Source of the DNA: Candidatus Hydrogenedentota bacterium
Lineage (GTDB): Bacteria > Hydrogenedentota > Hydrogenedentia > Hydrogenedentales > CAITNO01
NCBI GenBank assembly: GCA_007124105.1
Contig: SLFT01000284.1
Location: 1-35,399, forward strand
Direction: 5' to 3'
DNA: 35,399 nucleotides
Part shown: piece by piece, positions 1-8,133 of the stretch
Numbering within the stretch: the stretch's first letter is position 1
Layout of the letters: each line of letters begins with the position of its first letter
The notes under the pieces: model-generated
Told to the model about the DNA's origin: nothing
The model's input: only the letters and a program-made list of their open reading frames with translations
The model's database searches: none
Position numbers and translations under genes: made by a program

Positions 1-198
1 GGTTCTGGTTCTGGTTCTGGTTCTGGTTCCGGTTCCGGTTCCGGTTCCGGTTCCGGTTCCGGTTCCGGTTCCGGTTCTGGTTCTGGCTCTGGCTCTGGCT
101 CTGGTTCTGGTTCTGGTTCTGGCTCTGGCTCAGGTTCTGGCTCAGGTTCTGGCTCTGGCTCTGGCTCTGGCTCTGGCTCCGGTTCCGGTTCTGGCTCG
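1..198 (-). repeat. Tandem hexanucleotide repeat of 33 GGYTCN units, coding (Glu-Pro)n on the minus strand. It runs off the left edge of the window.
   Basis: Read directly. The units are 4x GGTTCT, 8x GGTTCC, 2x GGTTCT, 3x GGCTCT, 3x GGTTCT, then mixed GGCTCT/GGCTCA/GGTTCT/GGCTCC/GGCTCG up to position 198. The reverse complement reads GAR-CCN in frame with the ATG at 470. Confidence 0.95.
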
Positions 199-470
199 GA
201 TTGAAATTCAGATTCAGGGTCAGGAATATCCGCCAAGTCGCTTTCTTCCGAAGCTGCGGAAACGAACTGTACATTCAACACCTCTGGCTGCTCCAATTGC
301 GTCTGCCAGCGATACAACAATACGGCAAAGACAATAATAAGAACATGCATGGCCGCGGACAACACAATCATTTTCGCGAGCCGCCTGTTCTTATCCCGCT
401 CAAGCCAGTAGTACTGGTGTTGATACTCATACGAGCGCTGCGGTTCTTGCTTTTTCTTTCTATCGTTCAT
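1..470 (-). CDS. TonB-like energy transducer, N-terminal part only. The C-terminus lies beyond the left edge of the window.
   Basis: This ORF is not in the track because it has no stop codon inside the window. My translation from ATG 470..468 is [91 protein letters not shown](EP)n. It has a basic N-terminus, a single TM helix with the TonB-type S-x3-H signature (SAAMH), then an acidic linker and a Glu-Pro spacer. The C-terminal domain is unseen, so the family call is tentative. Confidence 0.6.
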   Translation of the reverse strand, partial: MNDRKKKQEPQRSYEYQHQYYWLERDKNRRLAKMIVLSAAMHVLIIVFAVLLYRWQTQLEQPEVLNVQFVSAASEESDLADIPDPESEFQSEPEPEPEPEPEPEPEPEPEPEPEPEPEPEPEPEPEPEPEPEPEPEPEPEPEPEPEPEPEPEPEPE

Positions 471-598
471 TAGAGGCATGTAGTTCCATACCGTTTCTTA
501 TTCCAGGCGCCAAGGCGCATCACACACAGGCAACACCTTGTTCCTGTTCCAACGCAATGATATGCGCATGACACATACCTGCTCTGCCTGCACCACAA

Positions 599-627
599 CA
601 TATAGTATAGCAGGAATCCCGTTGCAA
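599..627 (-). promoter_or_regulatory. Putative sigma70-type promoter upstream of the TonB-like gene, containing the TATACTATA motif.
   Basis: The minus strand reads TTGCAA (627..622), 17 nt, TATATG (604..599). An alternative -10, TATACT (609..604), lies 12 nt after TTGCAA. The same TTGnnA-N12-TATACTATA arrangement recurs at 34901..34929. Confidence 0.3.
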
Positions 628-820
628 ACAGAATATGGTACTTACCGTATCGTGTACATATCCCGGAACAGAAGCGTTAGTTTCAGCTGTTATTGAAACG
701 CCGCAACGGGACGGGACTCTTATTTTGCGTGTTGTCCCAAGAACGAAATGAGTGGACGCAAGGTTGAACATCTGAACGGTGTGACAGCAGCCTGATGATA
801 TATGCGGGCCGGGGGGAGAG

Positions 821-851
821 AAAAAACGGGCGTCGCTGGTACGCGACGCCC
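821..851 (-). terminator. Rho-independent terminator of xylA.
   Basis: The minus-strand RNA reads GGGCGUCGC-GUACCA-GCGACGCCC (851..828), followed by GUUUUUUCUCU. It lies 20 nt after the xylA TAA stop. Confidence 0.85.
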
Positions 852-871
852 GGTGTACTAAAAAAAGCAGT

Positions 872-2194
872 TTATGCCTTGAAAATATATGTATTGAGCA
901 TATTTTCAAGCATTTCCTGACGCCCGCTAATGAGTTGCGGTTCGCCTTTTTTCATGGTATGGGCTTCAAGTTCTTCAAAACCGACTTTGCCGTCTTCGAT
1001 TTGTTTGCCAATGCCGCGGTCCCAGCCCGCATAGCGTTGTTTAATGACCTTGGCAAACCCTTTGTCTTTGTGCATTTTTGCGGCAATCTTAAGACCGCGC
1101 GCAAAGCAATCCATTGCCCCTACATGGGCATGGAACAGGTCTACCGGGTCTGTGGACTGACGTCTGAGATGAGCATCAAAGTTAAGGCCGCCCGTTTTGA
1201 ACCCGCCATACTTGATGATCGTATACATCGCCAATGCTGTATCGTACAAGTCAGTGGGGAACTGGTCCGTGTCCCATCCGAGCAGCAGGTCGCCTCGGTT
1301 GGCGTCTACCGATCCAAGAATGCCATTAGCGCCGGCGAACTCAAGCTCATGGATGAAAGTATGGCCCGCGAGGGTGCCATGGTTTGCCTCGATATTCAGT
1401 TTCAAGTCGCCTACCAGATCATACTTCTGCAGAAACGCGTAGCAGCTGGCGGCATCAAAATCATATTGATGCTTGGTGGGTTCCTTGGGTTTTGGCTCGA
1501 TATAAAACTGTCCTTTGAACCGAATCTTCTTCTTATAATCCACGGCCATGTGCAGGAACTTTCCGAGATGGTCCAGTTCGCGGCCCATGTCAGTATTCAA
1601 CAACGTTTCGTATCCTTCGCGACCGCCCCAGAACACATAACCTTCACCGTCCAAATATTTTGTGATTTCGAGTGCCTTCTTCACTTTTGTGGCGGCGTAC
1701 GCGAACACATCCGGCGAAGGGTTGGTAGCAGCGCCCGACATAAATCGTGGATGGGCGAACAGGTTGCAGGTGCCCCACAACAGTTTAATGCCGGTTTCCT
1801 GTTGTTTCTTTTTTGCCAGCTTCGTGATGTGGTCAAGCCGCTTATTCGTCTCCGCCAGCGTGTCGGCCTCCGGCACGATGTCGGTATCGTGGAAACACCA
1901 ATAACCCACGCCGAGTTTTGTGAAGAATTCGAAAGCCGCGTCAAGGGTTTGCTCCGCAATGGTCATTGGGTTATCGCCCTGGGCATACAGGCGCTTCATG
2001 GTGGGCATGCCGAACATATCCGCGCCGCCGCTGACAAATGTATGCCAGTAACACACCGCAAAACGCAGGTGCTCCGCCATGGTCTTGCCAAGCACCTTCT
2101 GTTTGGCATTATACTCTTTGAAAGCCAGCGGGTTTTTCGAGTCCGGCCCTTCGTAGCGGATAGGTTTTGGAACTTCTGGAAAATAAACGGTCAT
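872..2194 (-). CDS. xylA: Xylose isomerase.
   Basis: Translation starts MTVYFPEVPKPIRYEGPDSKNPLAFKEYN and carries the class II XylA motifs VCYWHTF, WCFHDTD, FYIEPKPKEPTKHQYDFD and LNIEANHGTLAGHTF. I trimmed the start to ATG 2194 because AGGAGA lies upstream; this gives 440 aa. The track ORF begins 19 codons earlier. Confidence 0.95.
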   Translation of the reverse strand: MTVYFPEVPKPIRYEGPDSKNPLAFKEYNAKQKVLGKTMAEHLRFAVCYWHTFVSGGADMFGMPTMKRLYAQGDNPMTIAEQTLDAAFEFFTKLGVGYWCFHDTDIVPEADTLAETNKRLDHITKLAKKKQQETGIKLLWGTCNLFAHPRFMSGAATNPSPDVFAYAATKVKKALEITKYLDGEGYVFWGGREGYETLLNTDMGRELDHLGKFLHMAVDYKKKIRFKGQFYIEPKPKEPTKHQYDFDAASCYAFLQKYDLVGDLKLNIEANHGTLAGHTFIHELEFAGANGILGSVDANRGDLLLGWDTDQFPTDLYDTALAMYTIIKYGGFKTGGLNFDAHLRRQSTDPVDLFHAHVGAMDCFARGLKIAAKMHKDKGFAKVIKQRYAGWDRGIGKQIEDGKVGFEELEAHTMKKGEPQLISGRQEMLENMLNTYIFKA

Positions 2195-2426
2195 AGGTTC
2201 GTCTCCTGTTTTTAACCTCAAGTTGCGTAAAAGATTTTTATGGGGCGACATAGACTACATGACAATACGAGGAAGCGCAAGGCCAATGCAACTTTTGTGA
2301 CTATGAAGGCGCCGCGCACGACTGAGAGCATCCCGCGAGCAATGGCGCATGCAGCGCTTCTTTGGCCAAACGCAAACCAACCGGCAACGTTCATGGCGTT
2401 GCGGGCTGTTCATTTAATTTTTTGCG

Positions 2427-2458
2427 TTAGACAGCGTCCCTGCAATATGCTGTATAAT
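2427..2458 (+). promoter_or_regulatory. Possible promoter for the UPF0316 gene (weak call).
   Basis: TATAAT at 2453..2458 is preceded by TG. The best -35 is TTAGAC/TAGACA at 2427..2433, but the spacer is 19-20 nt, which is too long for a canonical promoter. It would leave a leader of about 170 nt. Confidence 0.2.
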
Positions 2459-2628
2459 TACCGCACATCTTTCACCGGGTTAATCCTTTACACCAAGAAT
2501 ACATTGCTGAAGCGAACGCGCGGTTATGCGTCCCCAGACCCGCCGCCACATCTTCGCCTGATGGAAATCCTATGCCGCTTTTTCATCGTCATGCGCATAA
2601 CCTGTAAGCCAGATAGACAGAGACCACT

Positions 2629-3228
2629 ATGATTGATTTTATCCACGAGTTTTATCAACAACATACGATATGGGTATTGCCGCTGCTTATCTTCCTGGCG
2701 CGTATACTCGACGTATCCATCGGTACTTTGCGCATTGTTTTCTTGAACAGAGGTTTAAGATTCCTTGCGCCGTTTTGCGGCTTTTTCGAGATACTTATCT
2801 GGCTTATCGCGCTCAACCGTCTGATGGGAGACCTTACATCCTGGGTGTATTATGTTTCGTATGCCGGTGGGTTCGCTGCGGGCACCTATATCGGCATCAT
2901 GATCGAGTCCCGTCTTGCCATGGGTGTACTCTCGGTCATGATCGTCACCCAAAAAGATGCTGCCGGACTACTGCAGAAACTCAGGAAAGAGCACTTTGGC
3001 ATTACCCAGGTCGGCGCACAAGGCGTACAGGGCAAGGTACGACTAATTTATTTGATCATACGCCGCAAGGACCTGCCCCGAATTGCAGAGATACTGAGAA
3101 CACACCAGCCCGGCGCGTTTAGCGTTGTCAATGATGTTCGCGACGTGGGCGGCGGTGTGTTTCCAATGAACAGCGGAAAGTTCGGGTACGCAAGAGGCTT
3201 GTTGGGCGGCGTCCGCAAAGGAAAATAG
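2629..3228 (+). CDS. UPF0316/DUF2179-family small membrane protein.
   Basis: The N-terminal membrane part has the family-typical LDVSIGTLRIVFLNRG. The C-terminal soluble DUF2179-like part reads GITQVGAQGVQGKVRLIYLIIRRKDL. Length is 199 aa. Confidence 0.7.
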   Translation: MIDFIHEFYQQHTIWVLPLLIFLARILDVSIGTLRIVFLNRGLRFLAPFCGFFEILIWLIALNRLMGDLTSWVYYVSYAGGFAAGTYIGIMIESRLAMGVLSVMIVTQKDAAGLLQKLRKEHFGITQVGAQGVQGKVRLIYLIIRRKDLPRIAEILRTHQPGAFSVVNDVRDVGGGVFPMNSGKFGYARGLLGGVRKGK

Positions 3229-3344
3229 GCGCTTAATTAAGATTGGCTGACAACGTGTGTAGTTTGAAATATCCCATGCCTGCGCTCTCGCGCAGACAGC
3301 TTGGTGATTTGCCGCGAAACCACGCATGACAATCGGGAGGTAGT

Positions 3345-4049
3345 ATGAAACGTGTTACAGAACCTGTCGCCCGGCGCATTGAATGGCTGGGCGCGTGCTC
3401 ATTGTTTTCCGAGTTGTCCTCCGATCATGCGACAGCGCTTGCGGAAGTTTCCGGCGTACGCATCTATGAGTCCGGCGAGATCATTTTTCATGGGGGCGCG
3501 AGCGCCGATGGGTTCCACATCATCGTTGACGGACGGGTCAAGGTGTGCCGCTACGGCGCTGATGGGCGCGAGCAGGTGTTACATATCTTTGAAGGCGGCG
3601 AACCCTGCGGCGAGGTGGCCGTGTTCGAAGGCCGCGACTTTCCCGCAACCGCCGAGGCCATGGCCCTGTCCCGTACGCTGTTTATCCCGCGAGATGATTT
3701 CTTGCGTCTTGCGCGTACACGGCCCGACCTGTTAATGAACATGCTTGCCATGTTGTCGCGGCGATTGCGTCGCTTTGTGGAGATGATAGACGACCTGTCG
3801 CTGAAGGAAGTCTCCACGCGACTCGCCCGTCATTTGCTGGATTTGTCTGAAAAGGCGGGCAGCGCGAAGGACGTGGAGCTGGCTACATCGAAAGCGATGC
3901 TCGCGGCGCGTCTAGGCGCAGTAGCCGAAACGCTCAGTCGTACATTAACGCGTATGCAGAACAAGGGGATAATACATGTGGAAGGACGTCGGGTTACCTT
4001 GAAGAATATGGCAGCGCTCCAGCGACTTGCGGACGGCGAAAAACTGTAG
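3345..4049 (+). CDS. Crp/Fnr-family transcriptional regulator.
   Basis: It has a cNMP-binding-like beta-roll (IFHGGASADGFHIIVDGRVKV...GEPCGEVAVFEG) and a C-terminal HTH (SKAMLAARLGAVAETLSRTLTRMQNKGII). GGGAGG precedes the ATG. There is no FNR-type N-terminal Cys cluster. Confidence 0.85.
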   Translation: MKRVTEPVARRIEWLGACSLFSELSSDHATALAEVSGVRIYESGEIIFHGGASADGFHIIVDGRVKVCRYGADGREQVLHIFEGGEPCGEVAVFEGRDFPATAEAMALSRTLFIPRDDFLRLARTRPDLLMNMLAMLSRRLRRFVEMIDDLSLKEVSTRLARHLLDLSEKAGSAKDVELATSKAMLAARLGAVAETLSRTLTRMQNKGIIHVEGRRVTLKNMAALQRLADGEKL

Positions 4050-4061
4050 AGGTTTTCCCCG

Positions 4062-4787
4062 CTACTTGTAACGACCCATCAGATCATTGGCGCGGATGGC
4101 AATGAGGTCCAGGAACATGCGCGTGGCATCCGTGAGGGGATTGACCCGCGATGCCGGACTGTTCAGCCACTGTACAGGCAGCTCCACGACGCGCAAATTG
4201 TGCTTTTGCGCAATAAATAAAAGTTCGGCGTCGAAGCTGAAACGGTGAATCCTCTGACGCGAGAAACAGCATTGCGCGGCCTCGGCCGTAAAGCCCTTGA
4301 AGCCACATTGGGTGTCCTTGAACGAAGTAACACGCAACAACCGCTCGATGATATTGAAACAACGGCCCATACACTCGCGATACCAAGCCTGCCGTATCCG
4401 TATTACCGACTCAGGAAGGGCTCGCGAACCAATGACGATGTCCGCACCCGCGTCAAATAACGGCGAACAACGGTCAAGTTCTTCGATGGGAGTTGAACCG
4501 TCGGCATCGTAAAAAAACCTGTAGTCTCCCGATGCCACACGCGTCATACCCGCGCGAACGGCGTAGCCTTTTCCTCTATTTTGTGGTAATGTCTCCAGAA
4601 GCAGCGGGAGCGACATCGCGTCCCGCAGGCCGCGCACTACGCCAGAGGTATCGTCGCTGCTGCCATCGTCCACAACAATAATCTCCGCGTCGTAAGGCTG
4701 ACGCGCGAAATAGGCAGAGGCGCTTTCGAGAGTCTTGCCGATACGTTCCGCTTCGTTATAGGCGGGAATTATAAGGGATAGGCGCAT
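4062..4787 (-). CDS. Family 2 glycosyltransferase, polyprenyl-phosphate sugar transferase-like.
   Basis: GT2 motifs are LSLIIPAYNEAERI, IIVVDDGSSDDT and the DxD-like YDADGST. Length is 241 aa. Confidence 0.85.
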   Translation of the reverse strand: MRLSLIIPAYNEAERIGKTLESASAYFARQPYDAEIIVVDDGSSDDTSGVVRGLRDAMSLPLLLETLPQNRGKGYAVRAGMTRVASGDYRFFYDADGSTPIEELDRCSPLFDAGADIVIGSRALPESVIRIRQAWYRECMGRCFNIIERLLRVTSFKDTQCGFKGFTAEAAQCCFSRQRIHRFSFDAELLFIAQKHNLRVVELPVQWLNSPASRVNPLTDATRMFLDLIAIRANDLMGRYK

Positions 4788-4803
4788 AACGTCAGGCCTT
4801 TAG

Positions 4804-4840
4804 CGCCCGGACACGGCAGACGCCATGTCCGGGCGTTTTT
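4804..4840 (+). terminator. Intrinsic-terminator-like hairpin oriented for the plus strand, sitting between two minus-strand genes.
   Basis: The stem is CGCCCGGACA (4804..4813) paired with TGTCCGGGCG (4826..4835), giving 10 bp with a 12-nt loop. TTTTT follows at 4836..4840 on the plus strand. On the minus strand the hairpin is followed by CTAAAGG, so there is no U-tract. Confidence 0.55.
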
Positions 4841-4864
4841 ATGCAACATAATGGCAAGAAAGAT

Positions 4865-5869
4865 TTATTCGGCCGGTTTAAACCAGATATTGCGAAATCG
4901 AACGCGATCGCCGTGGTCTTGGAGCAGCAACGGCCCGACTGGCGCTTCTTCATTGCTGACGCCGCCTGGCGTATGCGATTCCAGTTCCACATCGTCATGG
5001 ATCAGGATGCCATTATGATACGCGTGGATACGCGCGTTTTCGATTTTTGCGCCGTTCTCGTCAAATACCGGGGCCGTGAAATCAATTTCGAAGGTCTGCC
5101 ATTGCAGCGGCGGCAGCGTGGCATCGGCTATGGGCGCGGCCAGTGAATACACGCCGCCGCAGAAACCGTCCTCAGGCTCTACACCGAAGCTGTCCAACAC
5201 CTGCACTTCGTATCTGCCCAGCACATACACGCCGCTGTTGCCTCGGCTCTGGCCGCGCGCGTTGGGCATGAAGGGTGTCTGGAATTCTACATGGTAGCGC
5301 CCGTTGCCAAACTCTTCAATGGTCTTAAGGTTGCTGCCGCACACTTCCATGGAACCGTCGCCGCGCTGACACCATTGCAGCGGCCAACGTTCCCACTGGG
5401 CGATGTTTGTGCCGTCGTAAAGGGAGACGGCGCCCTCGGGCGGCGCTTTGCCAAGGTTTGGCGGCACGATAAATACGCGTTTCAGTTCAAAAGGGGCCTC
5501 CACGCCGCCCCGTCGGCGTTGCTCGCGCAACATGCCGGTCATGGTCTCATTTTCAATGCGCGCCGTGAAATCAAACAAACCACCCAGGGCGCCCAGGTCC
5601 AACGTATCTTCAAATTCCGAGACGCCTTCCTCGCCTCTGCCGCGCGTTTCCAGGCGCAGCGCCTCTTCTTCACTTTCGCCAATAAACAACACCATGCGAT
5701 GCGCCGTATCGCTTAGTGCGACCACCTGTGCGCGAATATAATGGTTCGCCCAGGCGTCGCCCGTAAACGCGCCGTGGTAGTTGCCCATGATCATGTCGTC
5801 GTCTTCTACCGCTCCGGCATACATTGCCACGCATAGAGCAATCAGCGTCACGAAAGAAATTCGTTTCAT
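4865..5869 (-). CDS. Secreted DUF1080 (3-keto-disaccharide hydrolase-like) domain protein.
   Basis: The signal peptide is MKRISFVTLIALCVAMYAGA, with GGAG upstream of ATG 5869. The C-terminal part (SGVYVLGRYEVQVLDS...LLLQDHGDRVRFRNIWFKP) is typical of the DUF1080 lectin-like fold. The track ORF start at 5938 was rejected. Confidence 0.75.
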   Translation of the reverse strand: MKRISFVTLIALCVAMYAGAVEDDDMIMGNYHGAFTGDAWANHYIRAQVVALSDTAHRMVLFIGESEEEALRLETRGRGEEGVSEFEDTLDLGALGGLFDFTARIENETMTGMLREQRRRGGVEAPFELKRVFIVPPNLGKAPPEGAVSLYDGTNIAQWERWPLQWCQRGDGSMEVCGSNLKTIEEFGNGRYHVEFQTPFMPNARGQSRGNSGVYVLGRYEVQVLDSFGVEPEDGFCGGVYSLAAPIADATLPPLQWQTFEIDFTAPVFDENGAKIENARIHAYHNGILIHDDVELESHTPGGVSNEEAPVGPLLLQDHGDRVRFRNIWFKPAE

Positions 5870-6051
5870 ATCAAGCGTCTCCTTTATTTTGTTACAGTTT
5901 ACAGGGTGAATAAAAGCCTGGGCGTTTGCAAAGAACACGCCGTCCGCTACACAGTATCACGATGCCTTCTTTAACCACAAGCGCGTTTGCGCCGATTGAA
6001 TCATACCACGACATCAGCGAACACGTGAGGGTTGCTGGCCGCAGTGTCGTT

Positions 6052-8133
6052 TTAATTCGGCACTTCAAACTCCGATGGGGCGTCGTAACCCAGGTCGCGC
6101 ATGAGCGTATGGAAATCGTCGTCATTGTACGCCGGATCGAAGTTCACCGCTTCTTCATGCGCCTTCAATGCGGCAAGCCGTTGCGCGCGCAGTTCCCGTT
6201 CGTCAGGATTCTTCGCCGCTATATAGACGCCGACACAGTCAATGCGGCCTCTGATGTGAACGCCCGCGGCAGTGGATTCCCACGCCACGTCATACACGCC
6301 GTCGGCGTCCACGCGAAACACGTCTTCAGGCGATTGCAGCCACTGCGGCAACGGGTATTCGGCCTCGATATCGCGGGGTCCGTCAAAAACAAACACGCGT
6401 TTGTCGTGGTCGGGTTTATAGCTGGTGTCCATTGCGAAAAGGATGGCGGCATCCGGCGCGCTGATCACGTTCAACTCGAGGTCGGGACGCTGTGCGCCCA
6501 TGACACGGGCGTGGTGGGTGGCGAAGCCGCTAAGATACAAGTCCTCGAGCAGCCGTATCTCGCGGCCTATGCGCGTGGTAACGTCTATGCCGTCGCGATA
6601 CATCAATGTGGAGTTGGATTGCAGGGAATACCAGTACAGACTGATGATGCCGTTGGCGAGTCCCTGGTACGCTTGCAGCAGAATTTCGTCGGGGGTCGGA
6701 CTGCGCCGCAGACGCGTGAACTGGTCCTGCCAGCCTTCATGCACATTCTGCGACCACAAGGCTATGGGAAGGGGTTCGCTGAGTTCGCGAAGGCTGCGGG
6801 TCATCACGCCGATGCCCTCGAGGGGCGCGCCCCAGAATACTGTACGATCCCAGCAGTCATACAAGCGCCAGTTATCCATGGCGGGCGCGCTCACGCGATA
6901 GGCGTCGTAATGGGGAAAGTCAACGATGCCCGCCCAATAACGCCAGCCCTTTTCGTCAGACAAGGTCAAGGTGGTAGGGTACCGCGCGGCGTCGTAGTGC
7001 TTCAAAATGTTGTAAACTTCCATTGGCGGCATGTTCACATGCTGTGGCTCGCCCAGCCTGTCCACGCCATGAATACGCGCGACCCACTCGTCGGCGTTGT
7101 ACGTGTCAATGTCCTCGAAATAGGCTTTCTGACGCATGGGATATCGCGTATACAGCCCGTCGGGCCCGGTATCGTCCGTATATCCGGCGATATGATCGCC
7201 CCAGAAGCAGTTCACATGCATGCGCTTGAGCATTTTCAGGAAACTTTCCCGGGTCACGGGCACAACGCCTTTGGGCGTTGCAATGGCCATCCACCCGGAA
7301 CTGATGTCGAAGCGGTCGGCCTTGAAACGCATCCGCGCCCACCGGCTGTGACGCGCGCCGTCCGCTGTCTCGAAGACCACTTCCACCAGGCCGTGGGTCA
7401 GCGGCAACGGTCCCGTTTTGGCCATGACAATCATAGTTGCGCCGGGCTTGACTGTGCCTGTTTCGGGTCGGGTCTCGATCGTGGCCTGTTGGCGGCTGCC
7501 GCTACGCGTCTCGGGATATACCGCCACCTCTCGCACGGTCGCCGGGACATCCAGGTCGTTCGAGAGGTGGATAACCAAACGTTCGGGGATGATGCCGTCA
7601 GCGTCCGCCGCAAACCCGGTAATGCTGCGAATCCGCAACGGGTCCACTGCTATGGGCAGCGTCACGGTTTCCGTGGTATCAGTAAGCAGGTCTGTAATTT
7701 CCAGGCTGACCTCTGTACCCACGCCCCACGCCGCCGTTCTGGCGTTAAAGGTAAACACGGACAGCGCGCCCGGCGTCAGTGTGAATGGAGCGTCGGCATT
7801 GCCCAGGTTGTCCGGCAACTCGTACCAGGCCCATTCATCTGAGGCAAGCAATGCGGCGGCGTCTTCACCGTTGAACCGCAACTGCGGCTGCATTGCCGCG
7901 CCGTCATCGCCTCGGTGACGAACCACCAGCCGCACCAACGCGCCCAGTTCGGGATCAGGCGGCTGGGAATACTTAAACTCGTCAGAAAACTGGTGCGGCG
8001 TAACAATCACATCCACGATGTCCAACGGCAGGGTATCAAGCCGTATTGTTGTCGCCCATGCGCTTGGATTTCCGAACATTACAAAAGCGATGGCAGCGGC
8101 TGCTACCAGTCGAATCACAAAAGCAGAACTCAT
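6052..8133 (-). CDS. Secreted protein of unknown family (694 aa), possibly carbohydrate-active.
   Basis: ATG 8133 is preceded by GGAG at 8-nt spacing. The signal peptide is MSSAFVIRLVAAAAIAFVMFGNPSAWA. The ORF is long, uninterrupted and has coding-like composition. I recognise no family motif. Confidence 0.8.
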   Translation of the reverse strand: MSSAFVIRLVAAAAIAFVMFGNPSAWATTIRLDTLPLDIVDVIVTPHQFSDEFKYSQPPDPELGALVRLVVRHRGDDGAAMQPQLRFNGEDAAALLASDEWAWYELPDNLGNADAPFTLTPGALSVFTFNARTAAWGVGTEVSLEITDLLTDTTETVTLPIAVDPLRIRSITGFAADADGIIPERLVIHLSNDLDVPATVREVAVYPETRSGSRQQATIETRPETGTVKPGATMIVMAKTGPLPLTHGLVEVVFETADGARHSRWARMRFKADRFDISSGWMAIATPKGVVPVTRESFLKMLKRMHVNCFWGDHIAGYTDDTGPDGLYTRYPMRQKAYFEDIDTYNADEWVARIHGVDRLGEPQHVNMPPMEVYNILKHYDAARYPTTLTLSDEKGWRYWAGIVDFPHYDAYRVSAPAMDNWRLYDCWDRTVFWGAPLEGIGVMTRSLRELSEPLPIALWSQNVHEGWQDQFTRLRRSPTPDEILLQAYQGLANGIISLYWYSLQSNSTLMYRDGIDVTTRIGREIRLLEDLYLSGFATHHARVMGAQRPDLELNVISAPDAAILFAMDTSYKPDHDKRVFVFDGPRDIEAEYPLPQWLQSPEDVFRVDADGVYDVAWESTAAGVHIRGRIDCVGVYIAAKNPDERELRAQRLAALKAHEEAVNFDPAYNDDDFHTLMRDLGYDAPSEFEVPN

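Noticed and set aside
1-198. The repeat array considered as a CRISPR array or a non-coding microsatellite.
   Set aside because: The units are 6 nt with no spacers. The array is in frame with an upstream ATG and encodes (Glu-Pro)n after a TonB-type membrane anchor.
520-909. 129-aa minus-strand ORF in the xylA/TonB-like intergenic region.
   Set aside because: It overlaps the xylA 3' end and spans the xylA intrinsic terminator. It is Cys/His/Ser-rich and looks low-complexity. It more likely covers the promoter region of the TonB-like gene.
935-2215. 426-aa plus-strand ORF.
   Set aside because: It is antisense to xylA, whose identity is unambiguous. The same reasoning rejects 17483..18709 (antisense to the epimerase), 19733..20461 and 20627..21457 (antisense to Gfo/Idh/MocA), 25280..25747, 25760..26242 and 26097..26792 (antisense to Gfo/GT4), 30375..31268 (antisense to hisB), 33819..34457 (antisense to PIG-L), 8408..9145 and 9536..10291 (antisense to the LolA-like gene and permease), and 12288..12935 and 13443..13949.
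2195-2628. The 434-nt xylA/UPF0316 intergenic region, including the 130-aa ORF at 2240..2632, considered as a gene or riboswitch.
   Set aside because: The ORF is Arg/Thr/Pro-rich with no RBS. I could not recognise any riboswitch consensus. It is most simply a pair of divergent promoter and leader regions.
3345-4049. The Crp/Fnr regulator considered as an oxygen-sensing FNR.
   Set aside because: The N-terminal Cys cluster required for the FNR 4Fe-4S centre is absent; there is only one Cys near the N-terminus. I also found no clear TTGAT-N4-ATCAA boxes in the intergenic regions scanned.
5926-7842. 638-aa plus-strand ORF, the longest unassigned ORF in the track.
   Set aside because: It is fully antisense to the 694-aa secreted-protein gene. 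It is Arg/Gly/His/Val-rich with no motifs, which is a typical shadow ORF in GC-rich coding DNA. The minus-strand frame has a signal peptide and an RBS.
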